64,000 bases of DNA from an uncultured Clostridia bacterium (GCA_934120045.1 CAKOTF010000006.1:20156-84155); one strand, 5' to 3'; shown: positions 10,189 through 19,724, counted from the stretch's first letter. The notes: generated by a model from the letters alone, not told the origin. Translations and numbers: made by a program.

Positions 10189-12084
10189 TTATGCTTTTTT
10201 TTCCTTTGATTTTCCCCAATACTTTTGTATAAAGTTATCAAATTCTTTGGCATCTGCCTCATCCATATTTGCTCTCATAGCACTTATATTCTCATCTGTT
10301 ATTTTATTTGTTAATTGATATTCTCCATCAACATATTCTAAAACATTTTTATATGTATAAAGATTTTGTTCTGTTACTTTTGAAAAATATGTTGTTGCAT
10401 TTTCAAAGAATTTTGTTACTTTTGAATCCATATCTTTCTCTTTTTTATATTCAAAATCATATGTTTTTGAATCTTTAACAGGAATACACTCTGTTACTCT
10501 TTCAATATATCTTCTACCCCTAAAGTCTTTTTGTAAGTGTATATCAAAATTTAAAACTTGTACAACTTGCTCTTCAGCTGTTTTTTCATTTTTAAATACT
10601 CCTGCTCTTAACATTGAGTTTCTTAATGCTGTAACTAAATCTGGGAATGTTTTAGCATGGTGAGTAAATAATGTAAATTTAGAAGCAACCTGTGCTGATT
10701 GAATCATCCAAGATGCTACTGGGTCTGTTGCAACCTCACCGATAATATTAACAGAACCATCTGTCTTTTTCTGAACATCCAAACACTCTTGTCCAGAAAT
10801 TGTATCTGTTTCACGCATTGATAAAATATTTCTTGTTGGATAAACCTTTCTTAAATGTAACTCAAATGCCATTTCAGTAATACGTAAGTTCATTGTTTCA
10901 TATATATTTTCAATCAGTCCCATAAGTAATGTTGTTTTACCACAACCTTGCTCACCAGTTATTGATGTTATTCTTGCACCTTTTACAAGATATTTTAATA
11001 AATCAATTACTTTTTCTTTACCTGGCACATCTCCAGTCCATTGTTCAACAGTTGCACGCTTTACGTCAAACTTTCTTACGAAAAATGCCCACGTCTCTGA
11101 CATACTTGGTCTTACTACTACAACACGAGACCCATCTTTCATTTCATTTACTTTATAACCATTTGTATCAGATAATTGTCCTGGGTTATTATATTTATAA
11201 ATATTTTGACAAACTCTCTTTAATTCAGCTTCTGTTCCAAATGATAGAAATGCTAAACGAATTGATTTACCTTGAAAGAATATCCAAATACTATCACATG
11301 CCCTTGGAACTTTATGTTCAGATACTTGTTCAATATAATCTGTTGTTCCTGTTTGTGCAACTTGGCTTATAAAACTTTCTGGTAAACCAGATACACCACC
11401 AGATACACCATCTATATTCATATCTCTTATTTCATCAATTGAACTATATCCTTTATAATGTTGGTAAATTCTTTGAACTACAATTTCTAGTTTATCTTTA
11501 AATGATAATACTAATCTTTCTTTTTCATAAATATCTGATATTTCATCTTCTGTTATAACATAACATGGTTTTGATTCGCCTTGTAAATATTTTAATGTTG
11601 CAAGATTATATCTTTTTATTAGTTCTGTTAATGCTTCATATCCAAATTCTTTTTTATACATATATATTATAATATCAAATTTATCTTGTGCAGATAATAA
11701 TGATGGTACATCAAAAGGAATTGCTTTTGAAATATTTGTTTCATCAACGCCATATTCTTTTGATAATAAATCTGATATTAATTCTTTTACATATCTTTTA
11801 TCATTAATATCTCCATATGTACAACCTTTTAAAGCCTTTTTTAATGCATATTTTTTGCTTTTTCTTCTTTTTAACTCTTCTTCAGATAATCCTATATCAT
11901 AAAGATTTATTTTTGTTATTTCATCAAGCCTTTTTTTAACATAATCTCTCATTTTTTCAAGAGTATATGTTTTGTCATCTTTTTCAATTTCCTGCTCAAC
12001 CTCTTCGTTTTGCTTATTTTTCAACCAAAAGATTAATGCCATTCCACCAATAATTAAAACGACAATGCATAATAAAATTGTCAT
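10189..12084 (-). CDS. CpaF/TadA/VirB11-family secretion ATPase with N-terminal TM anchor and ~300 aa N-terminal extension
   Basis: 631 aa. Walker A ITGEQGCGKTTLLMGL. A downstream His-box-like FTHHAKTFPDLVTALRN resembles the T(I)HANS motif of CpaF/VirB11. N-terminus MTILLCIVVLIIGGMALIFWL is hydrophobic. Confidence 0.8.
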   Translation of the reverse strand: MTILLCIVVLIIGGMALIFWLKNKQNEEVEQEIEKDDKTYTLEKMRDYVKKRLDEITKINLYDIGLSEEELKRRKSKKYALKKALKGCTYGDINDKRYVKELISDLLSKEYGVDETNISKAIPFDVPSLLSAQDKFDIIIYMYKKEFGYEALTELIKRYNLATLKYLQGESKPCYVITEDEISDIYEKERLVLSFKDKLEIVVQRIYQHYKGYSSIDEIRDMNIDGVSGGVSGLPESFISQVAQTGTTDYIEQVSEHKVPRACDSIWIFFQGKSIRLAFLSFGTEAELKRVCQNIYKYNNPGQLSDTNGYKVNEMKDGSRVVVVRPSMSETWAFFVRKFDVKRATVEQWTGDVPGKEKVIDLLKYLVKGARITSITGEQGCGKTTLLMGLIENIYETMNLRITEMAFELHLRKVYPTRNILSMRETDTISGQECLDVQKKTDGSVNIIGEVATDPVASWMIQSAQVASKFTLFTHHAKTFPDLVTALRNSMLRAGVFKNEKTAEEQVVQVLNFDIHLQKDFRGRRYIERVTECIPVKDSKTYDFEYKKEKDMDSKVTKFFENATTYFSKVTEQNLYTYKNVLEYVDGEYQLTNKITDENISAMRANMDEADAKEFDNFIQKYWGKSKEKKA

Positions 12085-12091
12085 ATTATTT

Positions 12092-12952
12092 TCACCTCAT
12101 TCTCATTTGCAATTCTTGTATTTTATTAATAATTTTTTCTACAAGTTTATCCAGTTCTTTCATAAAGATGTAATTAGCATCTGTTGTATCTTTTATTCTG
12201 CTTAATCTATAGAATAAATCTACAACTTCAATCTCTTCAGCTGCTTCATATAATAAAATATTAAAAGGAATAACTGATAATTCTTTCTTTTCTTTTAAAT
12301 ATTTTTGTAAATTATTCTTATTGTATTTTGAATAATGGCTATATTTTCCTATTGCTATAATATTTTTAGGTTCTGCAATAACTGGATTATCAATTTTTAA
12401 TTTCATATAATAATCAAGGCTTCTTAACTTTTGACCTGCAACATAAACATTTATATCTGCAATTTTTAGTATTTCATTTCTTACATCTTCATTTAATTCT
12501 CTACTTAAGTCTACTAATACCATATCATAATATTGATTAGCTACACTTAATATTGCAGGATATACTTTTGCTATTGTTTGATAACTCTTTAAATTTTCTT
12601 CTTTTGTTTTGTTTTTATCTTCAATATATCCATCTAAAACTTCTAAAACATCTTTAAATATAACATGTGTATAATCTGTTATAGTATCAGGTGTTATCTT
12701 ATTACTTGAAAGTAATCTTGATAATCCTTCTACTCCATTTTCTATTGCGACGTTTGAACTATCTGCCATAATTTTTTTTCTTACAGCATTATCTTTCCAG
12801 AAACAATTTTTTATTGTTGAATCATTATATGCTGTTGAAACTATTAATACTTTTAAATTACGTTCAATTGCCATCTTCGTTGCAACAGCCACTGTTGATA
12901 TTGAAACTCCTGATTGTTCTCTATCTGCATTCCAAAATGTTACAATTGCCAT
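12092..12952 (-). CDS. TadZ/CpaE-like ParA/MinD-fold protein with degenerate Walker A
   Basis: 286 aa. The N-terminus FWNADREQSGVSISTVAVATKMAIERNLKVLIV aligns to the ParA deviant Walker A (KGGVGKTT). The lysine and glycines are replaced. Confidence 0.4.
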   Translation of the reverse strand: MAIVTFWNADREQSGVSISTVAVATKMAIERNLKVLIVSTAYNDSTIKNCFWKDNAVRKKIMADSSNVAIENGVEGLSRLLSSNKITPDTITDYTHVIFKDVLEVLDGYIEDKNKTKEENLKSYQTIAKVYPAILSVANQYYDMVLVDLSRELNEDVRNEILKIADINVYVAGQKLRSLDYYMKLKIDNPVIAEPKNIIAIGKYSHYSKYNKNNLQKYLKEKKELSVIPFNILLYEAAEEIEVVDLFYRLSRIKDTTDANYIFMKELDKLVEKIINKIQELQMRMR

Positions 12953-12967
12953 TTTTTCTCTCCTTTT

Positions 12968-13654
12968 TTATATTTCCTTGATCATTTTCTTAAGCATTTT
13001 TTCATCTAAGCCATTACACAATTCTTTTACTAAATATACAATATTTTCTCTATATTCATTACTTAAATTTTTCAATTTAATGCATTGTAATCTTTGATTT
13101 TCCATGTGTACTGATAAATCACCATTTTCTATTAGAAAATATAATTTATTATCAGTCCATTCTTCCTTAAGTTCCATTGTTAAATAATCGAAATATTCAT
13201 CTTCCTCTTTTAACATTTCTTTTGTAAAAAATAATCTTGTCATTTTTAATGGAAAATTTATCTCTTTTAAAAGTTCAATTCCTTTTTTTAAAGAATACAC
13301 GTCAAAAGATGTTACATAATATAATTTATTAAAATCTGTAATTTCAAAATTTCTTGCCCCATTAAAATTATCTATATCTATAAAAATATAATCATATTCA
13401 AGTTCGTTTTCTGTATCAACACCTAAATAATGTGCTATTTGCACCATATCTTCAAATCCAATAGCTACATCAATATCTTCGAATGTTGTTACATAAGAAA
13501 TTGTAGGTAATATATTAGGAACTCTATATTTAGATTTTTGTTCTTTAGTAGAATCTATAAATAGAATTTTTTTTCCACATCTAGTTAATATTTTTGAGAT
13601 GTCTAATATTAAATCAGTTTTATCATATACTCCTATAAATCCAACTTTCATCAT
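12968..13654 (-). CDS. second TadZ/CpaE-like ParA/MinD-fold protein with degenerate Walker A
   Basis: 228 aa. N-terminus MMKVGFIGVYDKTDLILDISKILTRCGKKILFIDSTKE has a ParA-like layout but no GKT. Confidence 0.4.
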   Translation of the reverse strand: MMKVGFIGVYDKTDLILDISKILTRCGKKILFIDSTKEQKSKYRVPNILPTISYVTTFEDIDVAIGFEDMVQIAHYLGVDTENELEYDYIFIDIDNFNGARNFEITDFNKLYYVTSFDVYSLKKGIELLKEINFPLKMTRLFFTKEMLKEEDEYFDYLTMELKEEWTDNKLYFLIENGDLSVHMENQRLQCIKLKNLSNEYRENIVYLVKELCNGLDEKMLKKMIKEI

Positions 13655-13722
13655 GTCATCTATTATCCTTTCTATACCTTATTCACATAGTAAGGGCATA
13701 TGTTAATGCCCTTACTGATTAA

Positions 13723-14826
13723 TTATTCTCCAAGTGAATCTAAATATTTTTTTCTTGCTTCTTGAGCATTAGAAATACTTTCATCAATTTCATTTTTTAC
13801 ATTTGAGTCATAGTCAGCACCAATTTGTTGTTCTAAATATCTTCTTGCATTTGTTGCTGTTGTTGTATATCTCTTCTTTAATTCGTCTATTGCACTTGAT
13901 ACTATATTTGGATTTGCTATGTTTCCATTTGAATCTGTTATTAAAGCTGTTACAGAATCATTTGGTCTATATGTTGGTACAGCTGCATCTTGTATTCCTG
14001 CTTCTTTATATTTTGTTGCATATAATTTAGCTCCATTAATTCCTGCTGCTTCAACTATAGCACTAGACATTGATAAAATCTCATCTTCTCTTAATGATAA
14101 TCTTATTGTATCTGCTAAATGTCCATCAGCTCCAACTGGTATCTCTACTATTTTTTTTGAAACGACTATGTAATTTTGTCCATTTGGAAGCATCAATCTA
14201 ATATCAACATAATCACCATCTGTTAAGTCAACTGGTAAAACTACAACATTATATTCTTCTACTCTTACATCATTGGTAATAATATTATCTGTTTGTTGAA
14301 CCATATTTGGTGTTACAACTGTATTTTTTTTCATATCTAATTTTGCAATTACAGGTGCAGAGTTTAATTCAATATATTGTTTTGAATTTGATGATGTTTT
14401 TGTATAGTAATTTTCAGTTGAATCTTCTTTATATACCCTTACTTTTGTTTCTGAACCATTTGAGTCTGTTTGTATATAATATAATCCTTCTTCATCTCTA
14501 TTTAACATAGTTCCATCTTTTGTTTGTAAATACCAACTTTCAATAACTGATATTACAGATGTTGCATTTGCTGGTATTGTAGTTTGATCTATTGCTTTCA
14601 ATTCAAACATATCTTCTGTTATTTCTTCTCCAGATTTAACATCTTGATTTAATACATAAACTTTCTTTTTGTTTGCATTTACTGTTGAAATCTCTGTGTT
14701 TAATTTATTTACATAAAATAATAATAAAGCTATTATAATTCCTGATATTAATAGTGTTATAACAACTCCTAATATAAATGATGTTCTTGCTTTTTTTTGC
14801 ATTGGATTCATTGGCATTTTTATCAT
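13723..14826 (-). CDS. CpaB/RcpC-like Flp pilus assembly protein (N-terminal TM, SAF domain, RcpC domain)
   Basis: 367 aa. TM at residues 17-40. SAF-like VYVLNQDVKSGEEITEDMFELKAI. RcpC-like DGDYVDIRLMLPNGQNYIVVSKKIVEI. Confidence 0.65.
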   Translation of the reverse strand: MIKMPMNPMQKKARTSFILGVVITLLISGIIIALLLFYVNKLNTEISTVNANKKKVYVLNQDVKSGEEITEDMFELKAIDQTTIPANATSVISVIESWYLQTKDGTMLNRDEEGLYYIQTDSNGSETKVRVYKEDSTENYYTKTSSNSKQYIELNSAPVIAKLDMKKNTVVTPNMVQQTDNIITNDVRVEEYNVVVLPVDLTDGDYVDIRLMLPNGQNYIVVSKKIVEIPVGADGHLADTIRLSLREDEILSMSSAIVEAAGINGAKLYATKYKEAGIQDAAVPTYRPNDSVTALITDSNGNIANPNIVSSAIDELKKRYTTTATNARRYLEQQIGADYDSNVKNEIDESISNAQEARKKYLDSLGE

Positions 14827-14859
14827 ATTCCTTCCTTTTTTTAATTTTAATTCTACTTT

Positions 14860-14888
14860 ATTTTACAATATTTTTAATGCAAAATCAA
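14860..14888 (-). promoter_or_regulatory. candidate sigma-A promoter for the filament locus: TTGATT, 17 nt spacer, TAAAAT on the minus strand
   Basis: Reverse complement reads ttgattttgcattaaaaatattgtaaaat. It lies about 35 nt upstream of the CpaB-like start, which has an AAGGAAGG RBS. Confidence 0.3.
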
Positions 14889-14961
14889 CAAATAAATTTA
14901 TTGTAATATAAAATTAATGTTTTTGTAATATTAATGTAATATTTGATTGTTTCCTATATTT

Positions 14962-15849
14962 TTAGGTATTTTCGTAATTCATTTCTAAGACTTTTTTTAG
15001 TGCATATGCAACTCCATCTTCCTCATTTGTCAATGTTATCATATCTGCAGATTGTTTTACATATGGTGCACTTTCTCCCATAGCAATTCCTAATCCTGCA
15101 TTTTTTATCATTTTCAAATCATTTGCATTATCTCCAATTGTTATTACTTCTTCTTTAGATATATTCATCAATTCAATTAATTTTTCTAATGCGTTCCATT
15201 TATCTACATCTTTAGCAGACACTTCTGTATAAAAATACTCTAATGCAATTTCTTCAGTTCCTTGTTTTATTATTTTTCTAGACATATGTGAGACTTCTAG
15301 AACCTCTATTTCAGAAAGCTCTTTTAATTTTCTTACAATAGAATTAAAAACTGATTTATGTTCATCACATATCATAATTTTTAATATTTTTTCATCTTTA
15401 TCATTAATATAATTATAAACATCTTCAACTATATTTATATGTGTTCTATTTTCATCTGGTTTTGTCAAATTATCTTTATAATAATATAATGTATTATAAT
15501 TTAGATTTTTAGCTATAATTCCATTTTCTGTATATACATTATAATAGATACTATTTTCTTCACAAATTTTTATTATTTTTAATGCTTTTTGTTTATCCAA
15601 AAGATTTTCGTATAAAATTTTATTATTTGTTATATCATATGTAATAGCTCCATTTCCAGAAATAAAATATTTATTACTATTTATTTCTTTTGAAAATCTT
15701 TTTACAGATGTGATTGCCCTTCCAGATGCAATTATTATTTCAATACCATTATTTTGGGCACATTTTATTACTTCTTTTGTTTTTTTGGTAATAATACCAT
15801 ATTGATTAAGCATAGTTCCATCAAGGTCTATTGCTACTAATTTATACAT
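14962..15849 (-). CDS. Cof-type HAD-IIB family hydrolase
   Basis: 295 aa. N-terminus MYKLVAIDLDGTMLN (DxDGT motif I) and C-terminal GDNANDLKMIKNAGLGIAMG (motif IV). Confidence 0.85.
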   Translation of the reverse strand: MYKLVAIDLDGTMLNQYGIITKKTKEVIKCAQNNGIEIIIASGRAITSVKRFSKEINSNKYFISGNGAITYDITNNKILYENLLDKQKALKIIKICEENSIYYNVYTENGIIAKNLNYNTLYYYKDNLTKPDENRTHINIVEDVYNYINDKDEKILKIMICDEHKSVFNSIVRKLKELSEIEVLEVSHMSRKIIKQGTEEIALEYFYTEVSAKDVDKWNALEKLIELMNISKEEVITIGDNANDLKMIKNAGLGIAMGESAPYVKQSADMITLTNEEDGVAYALKKVLEMNYENT

Positions 15850-16108
15850 TTTTCTCTCCTATCTCTAATCTTTTGATATTTTTTCACACAACATATTTTA
15901 AACAATTTATATTTTTTTTTCAATAGATTTTTTGAATTTAATTTTTTTTCCAAAAATTACTTGTTTATTTTCTTTTATTTTGCACATTCTATTCTTAGAA
16001 AAGGTTTTTACTTTTTCAAAAAAATTAAAACAGATTTTTAACTTAATATAAGTTCAATCAATATTTATATAAGATTAAAAGAAGTTATATATAACGGAGG
16101 TGAATACA

Positions 16109-16309
16109 ATGGCAAGTTCAAACAGCAATAAAAAATTAGTTCCAGAAGCAATGAATGCTTTAGACAAATTCAAGTATGAAGTAGCTTCTGAAATCGGTAT
16201 TACGCTTAAAGATGGTTACAATGGTGATATATCAGCAAAAGATGCTGGTAAAATAGGTGGAAACATGGTTAGAAAAATGATTCAACAAGTTGAAAATAAC
16301 ATGAAATAG
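16109..16309 (+). CDS. small acid-soluble spore protein, alpha/beta type
   Basis: MASSNSNKKLVPEAMNALDKFKYEVASEIGI...GGNMVRKMIQ carries the SASP alpha/beta signature. GGAGG sits 8 nt upstream of the ATG at 16109. The ORF track starts at a GTG at 16100, which is less likely. Confidence 0.9.
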   Translation: MASSNSNKKLVPEAMNALDKFKYEVASEIGITLKDGYNGDISAKDAGKIGGNMVRKMIQQVENNMK

Positions 16310-16422
16310 TTTTTTTCTAATTTATGTATTATAGATAAATATTTATTATATTAGTTTTAAATATTTAGTTGGCAGAAGTATTATTCTTGGTTTTAGATAT
16401 GTTTTAAGTTTAAGCATACATA

Positions 16423-16454
16423 AAGGCAGGAGTTGTGCTCCTGCCTTTATTTTA
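16423..16454. terminator. bidirectional rho-independent terminator (GGCAGGAGttgtgCTCCTGCC + T-run)
   Basis: Perfect 8-bp GC-rich stem followed by TTTATTTT. It lies between the convergent SASP (+) and cpsB-like (-) genes. Confidence 0.75.
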
Positions 16455-17160
16455 TAATTTCTTCATTATTTAATACTTTTTGAGGATTTGTTTCTGTAAA
16501 TTCTTCAAATTCTTCATCAGAAATTATTTTTTTTAATTTTTTTACTATTTTAGGTATTTTATTATAAACTTGTTCAGGTCTATGAACATCTGAACCAAAA
16601 AAGCTTATCAAATTATTTCTCAATAATATTTTTAATGTTCTTTTAGCTTTTAATCCATACATTCCTATTATGCTTCCATAATTAGCTTGGAAAAGTGCTC
16701 CCATATCTTCAAGTTCAAATAAATATTCTGGATTTTCTTGAATAAATGGATATCTTTCTGGATGTGCAATTATTGGTATATATCCATTTTCCACTAATCT
16801 ATAAATCACTTCTTTATCATTCATTGGTTTAGTAGTAATTAATGGAAACTCAAATAAAACATATCTTGTATTATTTATTGATGATGCTTTTCCATTTTTC
16901 AACAATTCAATTATATTATTAGTTATATAAATCTCATTTCCCAAATATAATTCAATGTCTTGAACTTCACCTTGCAATTGTTTTATTAATTGTTTTCTTT
17001 TTTCAACATCACATTCATAATAATTTTCCATATAATGTGATGTTGAAATTATTTTTGTGAATCCAACTTCTTTTGCTTCATTTATCATCGAAATTGATTG
17101 TTCTAAATTTCTTGAACCATCATCAATCTCTGGTAATATATGTGAATGAAAATCTATCAT
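16447..17160 (-). CDS. capsular polysaccharide tyrosine-protein phosphatase CpsB/YwqE (PHP family)
   Basis: 237 aa. N-terminus MIDFHSHILPEIDDGS (the metal-binding HxH start typical of CpsB). Confidence 0.85.
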   Translation of the reverse strand: MIDFHSHILPEIDDGSRNLEQSISMINEAKEVGFTKIISTSHYMENYYECDVEKRKQLIKQLQGEVQDIELYLGNEIYITNNIIELLKNGKASSINNTRYVLFEFPLITTKPMNDKEVIYRLVENGYIPIIAHPERYPFIQENPEYLFELEDMGALFQANYGSIIGMYGLKAKRTLKILLRNNLISFFGSDVHRPEQVYNKIPKIVKKLKKIISDEEFEEFTETNPQKVLNNEEIIK

Positions 17161-17187
17161 AAATATCTTCCTTTTCTATTAAGCATT

Positions 17188-18162
17188 TTATTCTTTTTCT
17201 TCATTTATAATTTTACGCCAATCATCTTTTTCATTATTTTTTAAAGCTTTTGGAATCTGTGAATTTTCCTCTTTATTAAAAACACCATTATCTGAAATAT
17301 TTCCATTATTCCTATTAGGTAGATTTCTATTTACATTATTATTTCTTACATTTCTAACATTTTGTTCGCTATGATTACCATATCTTTTGGAATTTTGAGA
17401 TAATGCATTTTGTGTTCTTTGTTGTAATTTTCTTCTTTCTGCATCATAATCTGGTTGGCTTTTTGTAGTTGTTACATTTGAAGAATAATAATATGTTTGA
17501 TTATATTTTTTAGCACTTACTGGTATTTTATTATAAACTACTCCAACAACATTTCCACCAACATTTTTTATATCTTTAATAACTCTTTCTAAATCATCTT
17601 TTCTTGTTTGATTATGAGCTGATACTATTATTGTAGAATCAACAATTCTTGATAATATAACAGAATCTGTTACAAGTTTAGATGGTGTACCATCAACTAT
17701 AACCAAATCAACTTGATTTTTTAATTGTTCTAATAAGTTTCGCATTTGACGTCTTACAAGTAATTCAGATGGATTTGGTGGAATATTTCCAGATGGCAAT
17801 AAATATAAATTATTTACATCTGTTTTTTTTAAATATTTATCTATATTTACAGATTCTTGATTTTCATAATATCCTGACAAATAATTTGATAGTCCTGGTC
17901 TTGGTTCAACTCCAAATATTGAATATAATCTTCCTTTTCTCATATCTGCATCTATTAATACTACTCTTTTTCCTGCTTGAGCAAATGTTACTGCTAAATT
18001 TGAAGCTACCCAGCTTTTGCCTTCTCCAGGCATTGTGGAAGTAACTAATAAGCTTCTTAGTTTTCTATTAGAACTCATAAATTGTATATTTGTTCTTAAT
18101 GTTCTAAATGTTTCAGAAACAGGTGATTTGGGATCTAGATGTGTAACTAATTCTTTTTTCAT
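17188..18162 (-). CDS. BY-kinase, tyrosine-protein kinase CpsD/Wze/YwqD cytoplasmic ATPase with long Asn-rich C-terminal tail
   Basis: Walker A MPGEGKSWVASNLAVTF; Walker A' VLIDADMRKG. A Tyr cluster QTYYYSS is followed by an N-rich low-complexity tail of roughly 80 aa. Confidence 0.85.
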   Translation of the reverse strand: MKKELVTHLDPKSPVSETFRTLRTNIQFMSSNRKLRSLLVTSTMPGEGKSWVASNLAVTFAQAGKRVVLIDADMRKGRLYSIFGVEPRPGLSNYLSGYYENQESVNIDKYLKKTDVNNLYLLPSGNIPPNPSELLVRRQMRNLLEQLKNQVDLVIVDGTPSKLVTDSVILSRIVDSTIIVSAHNQTRKDDLERVIKDIKNVGGNVVGVVYNKIPVSAKKYNQTYYYSSNVTTTKSQPDYDAERRKLQQRTQNALSQNSKRYGNHSEQNVRNVRNNNVNRNLPNRNNGNISDNGVFNKEENSQIPKALKNNEKDDWRKIINEEKE

Positions 18163-18872
18163 TATCTTTTTCCTCCTCTTTTTCCCTTATTTTCATTTAT
18201 ACCATATATTGGAATGCTTGCCAAAACTGTAACTCCTGAATTTTTTTCAATATCTTGAACTGATTTTATTGTTGTATCTAACATATTAGCAATTAATACA
18301 TATCCAAATGCAACAACTACACCAATAACAGCAAATATTAGTATATCTTTTTTATGGTTAATATTATATGGTTCGTTTTCAACTTCTGCTTCATCGTAAA
18401 CATATAAGTTTTCAATTTTATAATATTGTTTTACATTTTCAATAAATACTTTTGCTGTTTCATTAGCAATTTTTTGAGCTGTTACTGGATCATCATATTT
18501 TACTACAATATCTATCATATCAGCATTGTCTCTTGCCTGTATACTAATAGCTTTTCTTACTTCATCTTCTTGAAGGTCCATTCCTAGATTTTTTATTACT
18601 TCTCTAGGTATTTTATTTCCCTTAACCATATCACTATATGTAGAAACAAGTTTTGAATTTATATTAAGGTCATTTATTGTTATTCCATTTGTACTAGATT
18701 GGCTTGATGAGTTTGTAGCTAATAATAAACTTGTTTTAGATTGATATTTTGGTTTTACAAAGCCAACAGTATAAATTACTCCAATAACAATAAAAATTGC
18801 TGTTACTAGTATAATTTGTATTCTTTTTTCCCAGAATATTTGAATTAATTCTTTTAAATCTAATTCTTCCAT
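18162..18872 (-). CDS. Wzz/CpsC/YwqC chain-length determinant (BY-kinase transmembrane activator)
   Basis: 236 aa. N-terminus MEELDLKELIQIFWEKRIQIIL + TM, a periplasmic domain, and a C-terminal TM. It overlaps the kinase gene by 1 nt. Confidence 0.8.
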   Translation of the reverse strand: MEELDLKELIQIFWEKRIQIILVTAIFIVIGVIYTVGFVKPKYQSKTSLLLATNSSSQSSTNGITINDLNINSKLVSTYSDMVKGNKIPREVIKNLGMDLQEDEVRKAISIQARDNADMIDIVVKYDDPVTAQKIANETAKVFIENVKQYYKIENLYVYDEAEVENEPYNINHKKDILIFAVIGVVVAFGYVLIANMLDTTIKSVQDIEKNSGVTVLASIPIYGINENKGKRGGKR

Positions 18873-18884
18873 CTTCTTCCCTCT

Positions 18885-19724
18885 CTATTCTCTAACTCTT
18901 TTTTTTAGTGATCTATGATATACAATAATTTCATATATAACTGTAAATATTATTGAAATAAATAACATTACAATTCCAAGTATATTTATTTGATTTAATA
19001 TGTTTTTTATTATTGCTACTATTGTTTTTGAAAAAGCATCATTAAATGCTTTTATATTTGATATATCCACTTTTGTTTTTATTATAATAATAAAGACAAA
19101 TTGTAATAATGATGTTGCAAATGTTGTTTCTGCAAAATTAGCTAATATTTTTGATATATTTTTTATATTTAAAACAGCTAACAAAACAATGTCAATAATT
19201 GATATAATAATAACAATTTTATTTACTTTTTCTAAACCACCTAAAATTTTCTCATATAAATTATTTATTGTTTTGTCATATTTTGTATTTATAATTGAAT
19301 CTCTATATGATTCACATATATGATTAACAAATTCATCTATAGCATTACTATTTTTGCTTGTCCTAACATTTTGTTTATCTATATTTGAATTTAATTTTTC
19401 AGCAATCTCTGTTGTATCTATTTCCTCATTTGTTCCATCATATATATTTGATATTATTATATTAATATCTTTTTTTACTTTATCCTCTGTGCAAATATTT
19501 TCAAGTACTTCTTCATCTAAACCTGATTGACTTATATAATTTTCAAAATTTGATTCTACAATTTTATATGTTTCTGAATAAAAGTTAGTTTCATCTAATT
19601 TTTGAAGTATATATGTTTTGTTCAACATTGTTGATGTTACTACGTTTTTTATACCAACAAATAATAAACATACTGTAAGTATTACCATTATAATGAATTT
19701 TAGAATATTTATTATAATTTTCAT
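18885..19724 (-). CDS. hypothetical membrane protein (N-terminal TM plus C-terminal TM bundle)
   Basis: 279 aa. No recognisable motif. Confidence 0.4.
   Translation of the reverse strand: MKIIINILKFIIMVILTVCLLFVGIKNVVTSTMLNKTYILQKLDETNFYSETYKIVESNFENYISQSGLDEEVLENICTEDKVKKDINIIISNIYDGTNEEIDTTEIAEKLNSNIDKQNVRTSKNSNAIDEFVNHICESYRDSIINTKYDKTINNLYEKILGGLEKVNKIVIIISIIDIVLLAVLNIKNISKILANFAETTFATSLLQFVFIIIIKTKVDISNIKAFNDAFSKTIVAIIKNILNQINILGIVMLFISIIFTVIYEIIVYHRSLKKRVRE

Noticed and set aside
4410-14826. Absence of a secretin (CpaC/RcpA) counted as a missing component
   Set aside because: Secretins are outer-membrane proteins. A Gram-positive (monoderm) host is not expected to encode one, so this is not an anomaly.
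16100-16108. GTG start (MNTMASS...) for the SASP gene as given by the ORF track
   Set aside because: The GGAGG RBS overlaps this GTG and sits at ideal spacing from the ATG at 16109. Alpha/beta-type SASPs typically begin MA/MS...
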